The notes below the pieces were generated by a model. It was not told the origin of the DNA and made no database searches. It worked only from the letters and a program-made list of their open reading frames with translations. A stretch of 64,000 nt of DNA, taken from NCBI GenBank assembly GCA_965197745.1, contig CBDANS010000006.1:1-64000 (forward strand), given 5' to 3'. This document shows positions 50,118 to 61,200 of the stretch, one piece after another. Each line of letters starts with the position of its first letter. Within the stretch, counting starts at the first letter, position 1. Source of the DNA: Opitutales bacterium (GTDB taxonomy: Bacteria; Verrucomicrobiota; Verrucomicrobiia; Opitutales; PNEW01). The position numbers and the translations under genes were made by a program.

Positions 50118-50686
50118 TGAATACAAACTTAACGGCTCATAAAAATAATGGCACGATTAAGGATCCCCATAAGAAGCAAAACCTGGCTAAGCTCTTAATT
50201 ATATTATTAACCACGCTTGGTATTTTTAGTGGTTGCGCGCAATACCACCTGGGTCAGTCTGTTGACGCGCCCTTTAGAACAATCTACATCGAACCTGTAA
50301 CTAACCGCTCATTCGCACCGCAGGCACAGGCTTTGCTTACGGAAAACCTCATCGAGGCTTTTTTACGTGATGGCACTGTGCGCGTTGTTGATAAAGACCA
50401 GGCAGAAGCCACTTTGCATGTGACTATAACTCGCTACGATCGCGAAATTACGGCCAGACAACAGGACGACACTGTTCTTGGGCGCACTTTTGGAGTGACT
50501 TTAGAGGCCCAGGTCTCACTTCTCGATAATCTCAATGGTAATATATATTTTACGAGGAGAACGCTCTCTGCCAACGACCATGTTTTCATCGACGGAGGGC
50601 TGCCACAGACCGAATATCAAAATATTCCTGTGCTCACACGCAGCCTCGCTCAAAAAATCAAGAACACCGTGGTCAGCGTGTGGTAA
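50117..50686 (+). CDS. lptE: LPS assembly lipoprotein LptE-like
   Basis: Lipobox FSGC followed by YHLG; TIYIEPV.N; LptE-like size and context. Confidence 0.75.
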   Translation: MNTNLTAHKNNGTIKDPHKKQNLAKLLIILLTTLGIFSGCAQYHLGQSVDAPFRTIYIEPVTNRSFAPQAQALLTENLIEAFLRDGTVRVVDKDQAEATLHVTITRYDREITARQQDDTVLGRTFGVTLEAQVSLLDNLNGNIYFTRRTLSANDHVFIDGGLPQTEYQNIPVLTRSLAQKIKNTVVSVW

Positions 50687-50803
50687 GAGAAAAGTTTTCC
50701 GGGCTCGCCCTGGCCATATATTGGCAAACAGGCGAACACAATTGGCACCATTAAAGACCGTTAATATATTCTGTAAGTATACCCATATAACATTCTTTCA
50801 TAA

Positions 50804-51466
50804 ATGAGCGCGAATGAAATTATTCTGGCCCCTTCTATCCTTGCCGGTGATCATGCCAACCTCGAACACAGCGTGAAGATCATTGAAGCCAGTGGATTAC
50901 GTTGGGTTCACCTCGATATCATGGATGGGCATTTTGTTCCCAATCTTACTTTTGGTCCTCAGACCCTGAACGATTTACGCACTAAAAGCTCCTTGTTTTT
51001 TGACACCCATCTCATGCTCGATCAGCCGCAACATTATGTAGAATCATTTGCCCGAGCCGGTGCTAACCTCATAAGCATTCATATCGAACCCGATTTCCCT
51101 ATTCAGGATACCCTCATGCAAATAAGAGATTTAGGATGCAAGAATGGAATTGTGCTTAATCCCGACACCGACTGCAATTCCCTGCTCCCCTATATTGAAG
51201 CCATCGATCTTGTGCTCGTGATGACCGTCAAACCCGGATTTGGTGGTCAAACTTTTCGCGAAGACATGCTCGAAAAAGTGGAAACCATAGATTCATGGCG
51301 TAATGAGCGTAATTTGGACTTTCGCCTCGAGGTTGATGGGGGCATTAATCTCGAAACCGGTCTAAAATGTCGTCAACGGGGGTGTGATACTTTTGTCGCG
51401 GGGTCCGCATTTTTCTATGCCGATGATAAAAAAAGGTTTGCTGAAAATTTTAAAAATTTTACTTAG
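50804..51466 (+). CDS. rpe: Ribulose-phosphate 3-epimerase
   Basis: APSIL, HLDIMDGHFVPN, DTHLM, MTVKPGFGGQ, VDGG. Confidence 0.96.
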   Translation: MSANEIILAPSILAGDHANLEHSVKIIEASGLRWVHLDIMDGHFVPNLTFGPQTLNDLRTKSSLFFDTHLMLDQPQHYVESFARAGANLISIHIEPDFPIQDTLMQIRDLGCKNGIVLNPDTDCNSLLPYIEAIDLVLVMTVKPGFGGQTFREDMLEKVETIDSWRNERNLDFRLEVDGGINLETGLKCRQRGCDTFVAGSAFFYADDKKRFAENFKNFT

Positions 51467-51518
51467 GAATAAACCTTTTATATTATTTTAATCATTCCCA
51501 TAGGCGCAGCCCTTCGTC

Positions 51519-51908
51519 TTGAAAACTAAATTAACAGCCCTTCTTCTTATTGCCGCACTGTGTGTGTCGCATGGCGGTCACCTTCTCATGCTCCAGTACT
51601 ATGGATGGGGCTTAATGCTTAACAACTTTCTATCCTCTACACAATCGATCGAACAGGCCGTAGAGATGACTTTCAGTGGAGACTACGCCTGCGATATTTG
51701 TAATATTGTGTTCGAGGGCCTCGAAGATAATAAAGAAGATAAGGCCATGGATGATTATCTCGTCCTTGAAAACAAACCGATCATCCTTGGGTTAGAATCA
51801 AGATTCAGCCTCGTCTTCCCAGAAAATTACCGTCGTATAATTGAATCTCGAAATGATTCTTTCAATCTGCGATTTGAGGCACCCCCACTTCAGCCTCCGC
51901 GGGTATAA
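51519..51908 (+). CDS. Small exported/membrane protein with CxxC and C-terminal Pro-rich motif (DUF2946-like architecture)
   Basis: Hydrophobic N-terminus, CDIC, C-terminus RFEAPPLQPPRV. Confidence 0.55.
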   Translation: MKTKLTALLLIAALCVSHGGHLLMLQYYGWGLMLNNFLSSTQSIEQAVEMTFSGDYACDICNIVFEGLEDNKEDKAMDDYLVLENKPIILGLESRFSLVFPENYRRIIESRNDSFNLRFEAPPLQPPRV

Positions 51909-52151
51909 TATAAAAACGGAAATTCCCGTTATTTTCGGACGCGAAGGGGCTCTCTCTTAGATTAAGGATAAATAATCCTTAGTCCGCTGTCAGTGCGTTG
52001 AATTTATTGAAGCGCTGAAAGCAAGATGGAATCAACTCCATGCCGTAACCGAACCGATAAGGAGGACTCTACCCTTATTTAGATATCTATTAACACTCCC
52101 CTATGATCCAAACGAACATACAAGCCTGAAATATAATTTACGTGCCCTAAA

Positions 52152-53261
52152 ATGAAACGCAACAGACTATTGTTTTATTTCACACTTTATCTCTTAACTA
52201 ACTCGGCAATGGCTGACCATGCGGCGTTAAGCTTAGATAATGGCAATGCTGGGCCCATTAATACCCTGTCCGCTGTGACTTTACCAAAAGGTCGAAGCGC
52301 GCTGTCAGTGCAAACACAATACATTTTAAACAATGAAATATCTATTGAGGAACTTGAGCGATTTGCCATGGATGATGAAGATATTCACAGCACATCCAGT
52401 CTTCTGAATATCGCTGTCAATGGTGCATACGCCTTCAATGATAAATTATCAGTTGGCTTCTCACTCCCTTACATCGAACGTGGGAATTTAATCGAAACTG
52501 CCCACGGCCATGAGGAAATTGAGGATCACCATGGAGATGAGAATAAAGGAGAACCCCACGAGGGTGAAAGCGATGAAGAACGGGTAATTGCACAGGGTGA
52601 CATCAATGGTATCGGCGATGCGACTTTTTTTGGGCAATATCGTTTTCTCAGCAACGCCGATATGAATATGCACGCCGCTTTAATATTCGGTATTAAAGTC
52701 CCAACCGGTAAAACCAATCGTCGAAATAAGGAAAATGAGCTCTTTGAAACAGAGCACCAACCGGGAACCGGGTCCTGGGATACGGTGTTTGGTTTAGCTT
52801 ACACTAAAAACTGGGGGCATTTAGCAATGAATACCAATATATTATACAGCGCTGTTAGTGATGGATCACAGGATACTAATATTGGCGATGCCTTTTACTA
52901 CAATCTGGCTTTCTCCTATCGGTTTGCTAAAAGCGCTGTCTCCCATCATCACGACTCTGATGAAGCAGGTTTCGATCATGAACACCATGACAATATTGAG
53001 TATATCCCCGATAACTTCAGCAAATACTGGGAAATTATTGTAGAGCTTAATGGCGATTGGCGGGACAAGGTCATGGTCGGCAATGAAGTTGAGAATCACA
53101 CGGGAGGTAACATTGTCTATCTGAATTCCGGATTCCGTTATGGGATTGGACACGGTTGGTCCGCTAACTTTTCTTTAGGTATTCCCGTGGTCGAAAACCT
53201 GAATGGCATACAAAGCGAACCTGATATTCGCTTCTTTGCGGGCATTAACAAAGGGTTTTAG
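52152..53261 (+). CDS. His-rich outer-membrane beta-barrel transporter (MetA/phenol-degradation-like family), probable metal uptake
   Basis: Signal peptide, GIGDA, GIKVPTG, QPGTGSWD, C-terminal Phe, two His/acidic-rich loops. Confidence 0.65.
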   Translation: MKRNRLLFYFTLYLLTNSAMADHAALSLDNGNAGPINTLSAVTLPKGRSALSVQTQYILNNEISIEELERFAMDDEDIHSTSSLLNIAVNGAYAFNDKLSVGFSLPYIERGNLIETAHGHEEIEDHHGDENKGEPHEGESDEERVIAQGDINGIGDATFFGQYRFLSNADMNMHAALIFGIKVPTGKTNRRNKENELFETEHQPGTGSWDTVFGLAYTKNWGHLAMNTNILYSAVSDGSQDTNIGDAFYYNLAFSYRFAKSAVSHHHDSDEAGFDHEHHDNIEYIPDNFSKYWEIIVELNGDWRDKVMVGNEVENHTGGNIVYLNSGFRYGIGHGWSANFSLGIPVVENLNGIQSEPDIRFFAGINKGF

Positions 53262-53313
53262 GGCAATAACCGTGCTATACCTCATCTGAATTATCTAAAG
53301 CGTATTCCCACGT

Positions 53314-53943
53314 TTAATCGAATCCGACAGATTTAATTTTAAACGAACTTTTTTTGAATAAGTCCTTACTAAAGCGGGCAATCTGTAAAATCGCCAGGGG
53401 CGCAAAAAAGTAGACGGTTTGAACTGCACCCGTTTTTTCCTGAGCGGCCTGATGATAGATTACAAGTAGTGCTGCCACATAGGCAAGCCGGTGCAGGCGT
53501 TTCCAACGTTTATAGCGAAGTTTACGAACCGCCCAGTCGGTGCTCGTAGCCGCGAGAATGAGCAGAATTATAAATGCAAGAAGACCCGATAAAATAAACG
53601 GCTTCAGTAAACTCTCAAGGATTTGTGAAAGTATGCCCTCGTAAACAAGATAAAAAAACAGGTGAAAGACCGCGTATACCCAGGCGCTGACCCCGAAAAT
53701 CCGCCGGTGGCGATTAAGGGTAGTCACAATTTTAGACTCGGGGAAAATCGACCGTAATGGGCTTAATGAAAGAACGCTTATAAAAAGCAAAGTTGCCGTT
53801 TTGCCGGCATACTCTAGAAGATACTTTGCGGGATCTGCGAGAAAAGTGGGGTTTTGTGTGAGAATGGGGTAAAGCGATAACAACCCCGGCAGTGCTACCA
53901 ACGTGTAGATAAACAACTTGGAGCGTAAAATCTTAACCATCAT
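53314..53943 (-). CDS. msrQ: Methionine sulfoxide reductase heme-binding membrane subunit
   Basis: RRIFGV...YAVFH, LAATS, WKRLHRLAY...H; downstream of msrP. Confidence 0.88.
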   Translation of the reverse strand: MMVKILRSKLFIYTLVALPGLLSLYPILTQNPTFLADPAKYLLEYAGKTATLLFISVLSLSPLRSIFPESKIVTTLNRHRRIFGVSAWVYAVFHLFFYLVYEGILSQILESLLKPFILSGLLAFIILLILAATSTDWAVRKLRYKRWKRLHRLAYVAALLVIYHQAAQEKTGAVQTVYFFAPLAILQIARFSKDLFKKSSFKIKSVGFD

Positions 53944-53999
53944 CTGCTTCTTAGGGTGATGGAAAGCTTATTAAGTCGGCTTTCGCAAACGAAGAAATA

Positions 54000-54962
54000 C
54001 TAATAAAATTTCTTCAAGTCCAGTCCATGATAAAGAGGGGCAACTTCCTTTTCATACCCGTTAAACTTGAGCGTCTCTTTACGAGCGCTGAAAAAGCCAC
54101 CACCGACAATGCGTTCCGTCGCCTGCGACCAGCGGGGATGGCTCACCTCAGGGTTCACATTCGCATAAAAACCGTACTCTTGAGGTTGCAAATCCTGCCA
54201 TGTGTTCAAGGGCGCTTTACCCGTAAACTCTATACGGACGATTGATTTTATACTTTTAAATCCATATTTCCAGGGGACAATGAGCCGAATGGGGGCCCCG
54301 TTCTGGTTGGGCAACGGCTTGCCATAAAGCCCCGTCCCGAGTAATGCCAATTCATGGGACGCTTCACTGAGGGTAAGGCCTTCCACGTAGGGCCAGTTAA
54401 TGTTTTTCCTTTTTTGTCCCGGGGCTTCTTTAGGATTATAGAATGAGATGAATTTCACGAACTTGGCGCCCTCGATTGGCTGAACCAGCTCGATGAGCTT
54501 ACGCAGGGGAAACCCATCCCAGGGAACAACCATTGACCACGCTTCAACACAGCGCAATCGGTAGACACGCTGTTCAATACCACCCAGTTTCTTTATCAGA
54601 TCATTGACATCCATTTTAATCGGATTCTGCACCAATCCTCGAACTTCCAGGGTCCATGGTTCAGGATTCCACCCATTATTGGCTAAATTTTTAGCCCCCC
54701 CCTTATCGGTGGAAAATTCATAAAAATTATTGTAACTGGTTACCAGATCGAAAGGGGTTAAATCCAAATCTCTAAGGGTATATTTTGAATTCCGCACAGT
54801 GGGAAACCCCGCTGTTGCACCAAGCAGTGAATGGGGTGAAAGCACCGCCCCGGCAAATCCCATGCCTAACGATTTGATAAAGGCACGCCGGTTCCGGTAA
54901 TCGGATTCCGGTGTTACTGCCGATTCCGGCAGTTCCCAGCTTTTTTTTATTTTGATGTACAC
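54000..54962 (-). CDS. msrP: Periplasmic methionine sulfoxide reductase catalytic (molybdopterin) subunit
   Basis: Tat motif NRRAFIK, YNNFYEF, RCVEAWSM, QNGAPIRL..PWKYGFKSIK, EYGFYANVNP. Confidence 0.95.
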   Translation of the reverse strand: MYIKIKKSWELPESAVTPESDYRNRRAFIKSLGMGFAGAVLSPHSLLGATAGFPTVRNSKYTLRDLDLTPFDLVTSYNNFYEFSTDKGGAKNLANNGWNPEPWTLEVRGLVQNPIKMDVNDLIKKLGGIEQRVYRLRCVEAWSMVVPWDGFPLRKLIELVQPIEGAKFVKFISFYNPKEAPGQKRKNINWPYVEGLTLSEASHELALLGTGLYGKPLPNQNGAPIRLIVPWKYGFKSIKSIVRIEFTGKAPLNTWQDLQPQEYGFYANVNPEVSHPRWSQATERIVGGGFFSARKETLKFNGYEKEVAPLYHGLDLKKFY

Positions 54963-55181
54963 TCGATTTATAAATGTTGGCTTGATTCGAATATTATCCT
55001 ATTCTCTTCATAAGAGACTGGTAGATTAAAATTGTTCCCCAATAAAATAAATATGTAATTTGATTAACCAGGCATTGAATTAATCTTATCCTTTATACTG
55101 TCAGTGGTTTTTCCCCTATGAAAAAACTCGCTCCGGTTTCAGGTAAAATATAGTGATAGCTATTCAACACCTCCCATAAAT

Positions 55182-55778
55182 ATGCATCAGGTCGAAATCG
55201 AACCCCGTGAAATGAGTCAAGTGAAATTAGTGCTTGAACAAAAGCGCAATGTCTCACAATTCAGCGGGTTAATAAACATATTCTGGGGTTTGATTGCAGC
55301 CAAATGCGTACTCTCTGAATGGGCCGTGCAGTACTTCAACTGGCCGATATTTTCTATTTATATTTGGATGCCTACCTTACTTTTTGGAATCATAGGGACC
55401 TGGGTATATGCCGGATTCACGCTTAAAAAAATTCATCACCGTCCGCTTACCGGTCAGTTTGTCTCAGCCATATGGGGCGGTTCACTGATGGCTTTGGCTC
55501 TCATTGGTATAGGTGGATGGGGCCTGGGTAAAATCAGTCTTTACGTATTACCCTCAATATTCTCAATTGTCATAGGTATGGGATTCTTTATTCACAGCGT
55601 AATTGATAATCGATTTGTTTTCAAGTTATCGGCATATGGTTGGTGGATTGGTTCTGTATGGCTGTTTTATCAATCCAATCTTAATACGCTTGCCTGGTTC
55701 GCATTTATGATTGTCTTATTTCATGTGCTGCCTGCTGCCTGGCTTTACCTCAGCAATAGCATCCGTAAAACTTCGTAA
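55182..55778 (+). CDS. Hypothetical integral membrane protein (about 6 TM)
   Basis: Alternating hydrophobic segments; no recognised motif. Confidence 0.6.
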   Translation: MHQVEIEPREMSQVKLVLEQKRNVSQFSGLINIFWGLIAAKCVLSEWAVQYFNWPIFSIYIWMPTLLFGIIGTWVYAGFTLKKIHHRPLTGQFVSAIWGGSLMALALIGIGGWGLGKISLYVLPSIFSIVIGMGFFIHSVIDNRFVFKLSAYGWWIGSVWLFYQSNLNTLAWFAFMIVLFHVLPAAWLYLSNSIRKTS

Positions 55779-55813
55779 AATTGATATTTTTTAACCTGGT
55801 TATTTATTAATCA

Positions 55814-56797
55814 ATGAGCGCTGAAATCGTCGTTATCGGTAGTTATAACCAGGACTTAATTTGGACCTGCGAGGAATTTCCCAACCCCGGGGAAACGATT
55901 CTTGGCAGTTTCTCCAGCGGCTTCGGTGGTAAGGGATCCAATCAGGCGGTGGCCGCCGCTCGCACCGGAATATCAACCACTTTCGTCGGTTCAGTGGGCC
56001 GAGACGCGTTTGGCAGGGTGATAAGGGAATTTTATGACCGTGAAGGAATTAATTATCACCTTGAAGAACAGGAAGATACACCCACTGGCACCGCGGGCAT
56101 AATCGTCAATAAGGATGGTCAGAATGAAATAATAGTAGCCCCGGGCGCGAATGAAAAGATGTCACTGGCAGAAATACCCGGGGATCTCATTCGAAAAGCA
56201 CGGGTTGTTATTTGCCAGCTTGAATCCAATAGTGATACTACCTGCAGTGTTCTCAAAATGGCCCGGGATGCCGGCGTGACAACGATACTTAATCCCGCGC
56301 CCATGAGCCCCGATTTTCAAACGGAGTTTATTGAAAATGTTGATATTTTAATTCCCAATGAAATCGAGTTTGTCACGCTCATGAGAACACTCCACCCTGG
56401 AAAGTATGAAACTTTCTCGGAAACAAATATTCATCAATGCTCTGAAGAAGAACTTCACGGTTTATGTCGTAAATTGGGAGTCGAAAATATAATAATTACC
56501 CTTGGTAGTAAGGGTTGCTTCGTATCGATACCCGGTAAATACAGTTTACTCCCGGTCAGCAGTGCTATTAAAGTTATCGATACAACGGGTGCGGGTGACG
56601 CATTCGTCGGTGCTTTTGCCTCGGGGTTTGTTCAATGTGATAAAGACTTTTTTAAAGCTGCAGCCTACGGCAATCTCGTTGCCGGTCTTTCCATTACCAA
56701 GTTGGGCGCGGCCCCATCAATGCCCATTAAAGAAGAGATAATAGCCTCAACCCCTAAAAAATCATTTTCTATCACCTTCATAGGGGATAACCATTAG
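55814..56797 (+). CDS. rbsK: Ribokinase (PfkB family)
   Basis: GSYNQD, PGET, GGKGSNQAVA, NPAP, PNEIE, DTTGAGDAF. Confidence 0.9.
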   Translation: MSAEIVVIGSYNQDLIWTCEEFPNPGETILGSFSSGFGGKGSNQAVAAARTGISTTFVGSVGRDAFGRVIREFYDREGINYHLEEQEDTPTGTAGIIVNKDGQNEIIVAPGANEKMSLAEIPGDLIRKARVVICQLESNSDTTCSVLKMARDAGVTTILNPAPMSPDFQTEFIENVDILIPNEIEFVTLMRTLHPGKYETFSETNIHQCSEEELHGLCRKLGVENIIITLGSKGCFVSIPGKYSLLPVSSAIKVIDTTGAGDAFVGAFASGFVQCDKDFFKAAAYGNLVAGLSITKLGAAPSMPIKEEIIASTPKKSFSITFIGDNH

Positions 56798-58212
56798 TGA
56801 AACATTCAATCCGATTCAAAAAATCAAGACGGAAATTTTTAAGAAATTCTGCCTGTTTTACTGTCGGCTTTTTAGGTCTGCGTCACTTCGCCCTGCCTTC
56901 ACTAAGAGCGCAATCCTACTTAAGCGAAGTGCATGGTTACGGTCCACTCTCAGTTGACCCCCAGAAAATTATCGATCTCCCAAAAGGATTTCACTACACA
57001 GTATTATCCCGCAAGGGAGATATGATGGACGATGGTTTCCGTCTTCCAGGAGCCCCCGACGGCATGGCCGCATTTCCGGGACGAGGAAAAAATACAATCA
57101 TTGTACGTAATCACGAGATAAGCCCTGATCGAACTCTTGATGGCCCTTTTGGCATAGAGAACGAACTTTATGGCAAAATAGATAAAAGCAAAGTTTATGA
57201 TCCCGGCACTGACAAAATACCTGCACTGGGTGGCACGACAACGCTGCACTATAATCATGAAAAACAAAAAGTAGAGAGACAATTTCTCAGTCTCGCCGGC
57301 ACCCTTCGCAATTGCGCGGGGGGTCCCACTCCCTGGGGAACATGGATAACCTGCGAGGAAACCATATTACGCGCGGGAGAATCATTATTGAGGGACCATG
57401 GATTTAATTTTGAAGTGACTCCAACCTGGAAAAAGCAGCTTGCCGACCCTGTTCCACTGAAAGAAATGGGAAGATTTGTCCATGAAGCAGTAGCCGTAGA
57501 TCCTGATAGCGGCATTGTTTTTCAAACAGAAGATAAACACGATGGGCTTATCTACCGCTTCATTCCAAAAGAATATGGAAAACTGATAAAAGGGGGCCGT
57601 CTCCAGGCACTTGCCGTCAAAGGGCAAAAATCACTTGATACCCGCAATTGGCTCACTATCGACAGTCAACCTGTTCCCATGGGTGTTCCTATGGATGTTG
57701 AATGGGTTGATCTCGAAAATATTCTCTCACCCGCCGACGATCTTCGCCACCAGGGATTCGACAAAGGAGCGGCGCGTTTCGCTCGCGGTGAAGGTATGTG
57801 GTATGGGAAAGGTGAGATATATTTTGCCTGCACCAATGGCGGGAAAAAAATGAGCGGTCAAATATGGCGTTATCGTCCCAGTCCGGACGAAGGTAGCCCC
57901 AAAGAAAATATGCACCCGGGTAAACTTGAACTTTATCTCGAACCCAACGACACCCATCTACTTGAAAGCTGCGATAATCTCACGGTGGCTCCCTGGGGTG
58001 ATCTTATCATATGTGAAGATGGACCCAATGAACAATATTTGCGAGGAGTCACCCCTGATGGGAAAATATATACGCTCGCCCATAATAGCTACGCTGGAGA
58101 TTCAGAATTTTGCGGGTCCTGTTTTGCCCCTGACCACCCTACCCTTTTTGTCAATATTCAGAGGCCCGGAATCACACTCGCCATCACCGGACAATGGAAT
58201 GCTAAAGCTTAG
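56797..58212 (+). CDS. phoX: PhoX-family (DUF839) alkaline phosphatase, Tat-exported
   Basis: SRRKFL Tat motif, PDGM, RNHE, NCAGGPTPWGTWITCEE, GRFVHEA, RGEG, CDN, CED. Confidence 0.88.
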   Translation: MKHSIRFKKSRRKFLRNSACFTVGFLGLRHFALPSLRAQSYLSEVHGYGPLSVDPQKIIDLPKGFHYTVLSRKGDMMDDGFRLPGAPDGMAAFPGRGKNTIIVRNHEISPDRTLDGPFGIENELYGKIDKSKVYDPGTDKIPALGGTTTLHYNHEKQKVERQFLSLAGTLRNCAGGPTPWGTWITCEETILRAGESLLRDHGFNFEVTPTWKKQLADPVPLKEMGRFVHEAVAVDPDSGIVFQTEDKHDGLIYRFIPKEYGKLIKGGRLQALAVKGQKSLDTRNWLTIDSQPVPMGVPMDVEWVDLENILSPADDLRHQGFDKGAARFARGEGMWYGKGEIYFACTNGGKKMSGQIWRYRPSPDEGSPKENMHPGKLELYLEPNDTHLLESCDNLTVAPWGDLIICEDGPNEQYLRGVTPDGKIYTLAHNSYAGDSEFCGSCFAPDHPTLFVNIQRPGITLAITGQWNAKA

Positions 58213-58272
58213 TCGGTTCTCTACCTCCAGCGGGGATCAATCATGATCGGACACCAATATTACAGGCATCAT

Positions 58273-61200
58273 TTATGCCGTCGTCATAGCTGACTCCACG
58301 GTCTCAGCCTGCTGTGTGTCAGTGTTAAAGCGCATCGAGAATACATTTGAAATTCCTTTCTCCTGCATCGTGATGCCGTAAATTGAATCAGCGCAGGCAA
58401 TCGTTCTTTTGTTGTGAGTGATAATGAGAAATTGTGAATACTGAGTAAACTGTTGAACCATTTTTACAAAGCGGCCCACATTGGCATCGTCCAGGGGAGC
58501 GTCAAGTTCGTCAAGGAGGCAAAATGGACTGGGCTTAACCATGTAAATGGCGAAAAGGAGCGCGAGCGCGGTTAATGTTTTCTGCCCGCCACTGAGCAGG
58601 GCTAAATTATTCGTGCGCGTTCCGGGTGGCTGTGCAATGATATCAATACCGGATTCCAGAACATCTTCAGTGTCGATCAAAAGGAGGTCTGAATGGCCCC
58701 CGCCAAAGAGGGTGACAAAAGTGTGCTCAAAATTTTTGCGCACCTGTTCAAATGTCAGCTGGAAAAGTTCCTGGGAGGTTTGATTGATATCATCAATTGC
58801 TGCCAGGAGTTGCTCTTTAGAATTCCATAAATCCTCACTTTGCGTTTTTAGAAAATCATAGCGTTCCTTTAATTCTGCATATTCCTCAATGGCCACAAGG
58901 TTGACGGGACCCATGGCATGGAGACGCACCCGTAAATCATTAATTTCTTTTCCAATGGTATCCCAGTCAGGATTTTCGAGAGCTTCGAGATCCTCCGTAG
59001 CCGGTTCGCCACGGGATTCATACGATTCTTCCTCATCCATACTCCCTTCATCAAACTCGACTTTCACGCGTTCGGATAAAGACCCCCCTGCTTCCCATAA
59101 TTCCATTTTCCAATTCACGTCTGTCAATCCAACATCGTACTCGCGCTTTACTTCCTCGATAAGAAAATTCAATTCAGAACGTTGCTCGGCTAATTGTACT
59201 TCCCATTCATTATGATCAACTTCTCTTTGATGAAGCCCTTCCCTGTCCTCCGCCAAACTGTCTTCGAAAGACTTAATTTCGTTCTCGGCCTCCATAAGAA
59301 TTTTATGATCACGGTCCAGTGATTCCATAAGGATTTTGAGCGTTTTATCTAATTCCTCTGATTTAACTTTGGCTTTTTGGGATTCATTTAAAAAACCGGC
59401 GATTTGCTCGTTGAGGGTATCGATTTCCTGTTCTCTTTTAATAACCAGTTGATCAAGTTCCCGGGTCTGATTTTCTATTTCACTAATACCGCGATCAATC
59501 AGTTGAAGACGCTGGCGTTTTTCCGCTAACTCAAGGCGTACTTCCGAGAGTCCCTCGTGCTCTTTATCCTTGCTCGCTCTAACCTTCTGAACCGTCAATT
59601 CCGCTGTCGTAATGTCTTCTCGCTTTTCTTGTATCTCCAGTTCCGCATCGGCCAGATTCTTTCTCGCGAGATTAAGATTCCCTAAAGATTCATCCTTATT
59701 TTGCTCGAGTAAATTAATATCATTTTCCGACTGCCCGATACTCTTTTCATTTTCTTTAATACTTGCTTCTATCCCTTTATTTTGCGCTTCAAGCGTAGAT
59801 ACTTCCTGGGCTACTTCCATAAGAAGATGCTGCTTCTCCTCAATTTCACTTTCATTTTCATCAAGCGTTTTCTGAAGGGAATCTGCGCCTTTACGCAGTC
59901 CGCTTAATCGCTCCCCTATATGGGCTCTATCACCACTAAGTTTTTTAATCTCGGTTTCTCGCTGCAGGTAAGTTTCAGATTGGCCACGACTGTGCCCTCC
60001 ATAGACTAAACCCCGCCGATCAATGAGTTCACCTTTGACTGTCGCTACAAGGAGAAAATTAAAATCGGGATGGCTGTTCCAATAGCTGAGAAATTTCTCG
60101 AGATCGTCGCAAAAGTAGCAATCGGAAAGCATGTTATTCAACATGGATTGTATCTCGGGTTGCTTGCTGCTTACCAATTCATTCGCTGCTCGCAGCCAGG
60201 GGATTGAAGCATCATTCTCGCTTCTCTTTACCGGGGGAACATTGAATTGCAGACAGGCACGTCCAAGTTTTTTATTTTCAAGGACACTTGTCACGGGAAC
60301 AATTCGAGAAGAATCATTCAGGGTAATTGAATCGACTGCGGGCCCAAGGAGCGCTTCTAAAGCAAGTGTGTAGGAGGAATCAATTTTTATGTTTTTAGTC
60401 AACACGCGGTAAGCATCGGCATCGAGGAGATCGTCGAGCTGTCCCTGCATAATAGCTTTTGACCCTTCACTGAAACCTTCAAACTTCTCCTGCAAGTTCT
60501 GCAGAACTCCCAGTTCGGCGGTTAATTGCGCCAAGCCGCGATCCGTTTCCTGAATCTCCATTTGCTTTTCTCGAAATGCATCAAGACTCTTAGTGCGCTC
60601 ATCCTTTAGAATATTCAATTTACTCTCGAGCTCTTCCCGCCGGTTCAGGCGATGTTTGAAAGTCGTTAATATTTCGTTAAGATTAAATTCAAGGACGGAT
60701 CGATTATTCTTCAGTTTATATAAATCATCGCTGAGATTGGCATGCTTAACCTGGTAGGCTTTCAGATCTACCTCAAGTGAGGTACAATTTGACCGCAGGC
60801 GGGTAATACTGCTTTCGGTCATTAGAAGAAGCCGCTTTTTTTCCTCCAAGTCGTTTTCCGCTTCCGCGAGTTCCCCCTGGATGCTCATCAGGGAATTGCT
60901 TTTATCCTGGAAGGACTTATCGGAACTGCCCATAAGATCGAGTTGTTCCTGCTTTTGCCGGGTGTCACCGGCTACTCGAGTGGACAGTGTGTTCTTTTGT
61001 GTCTTTACCTCAGCCAATTCCATTTCGATCTCTGAGATGCGCCCCTTTAAGTCTTCCGCTCTGATAGCGGAAAACTCAGCTTGATTATCCGCCTGCTCCT
61101 TCTCTGATCGAAGATCAAAGACCGATTGCTGGGAATCCTGAAGCTTCTTATAAAGCTCCGTTCTGTTTTGCCGGTGGGATGCAATTTCAGATTCACGGGT

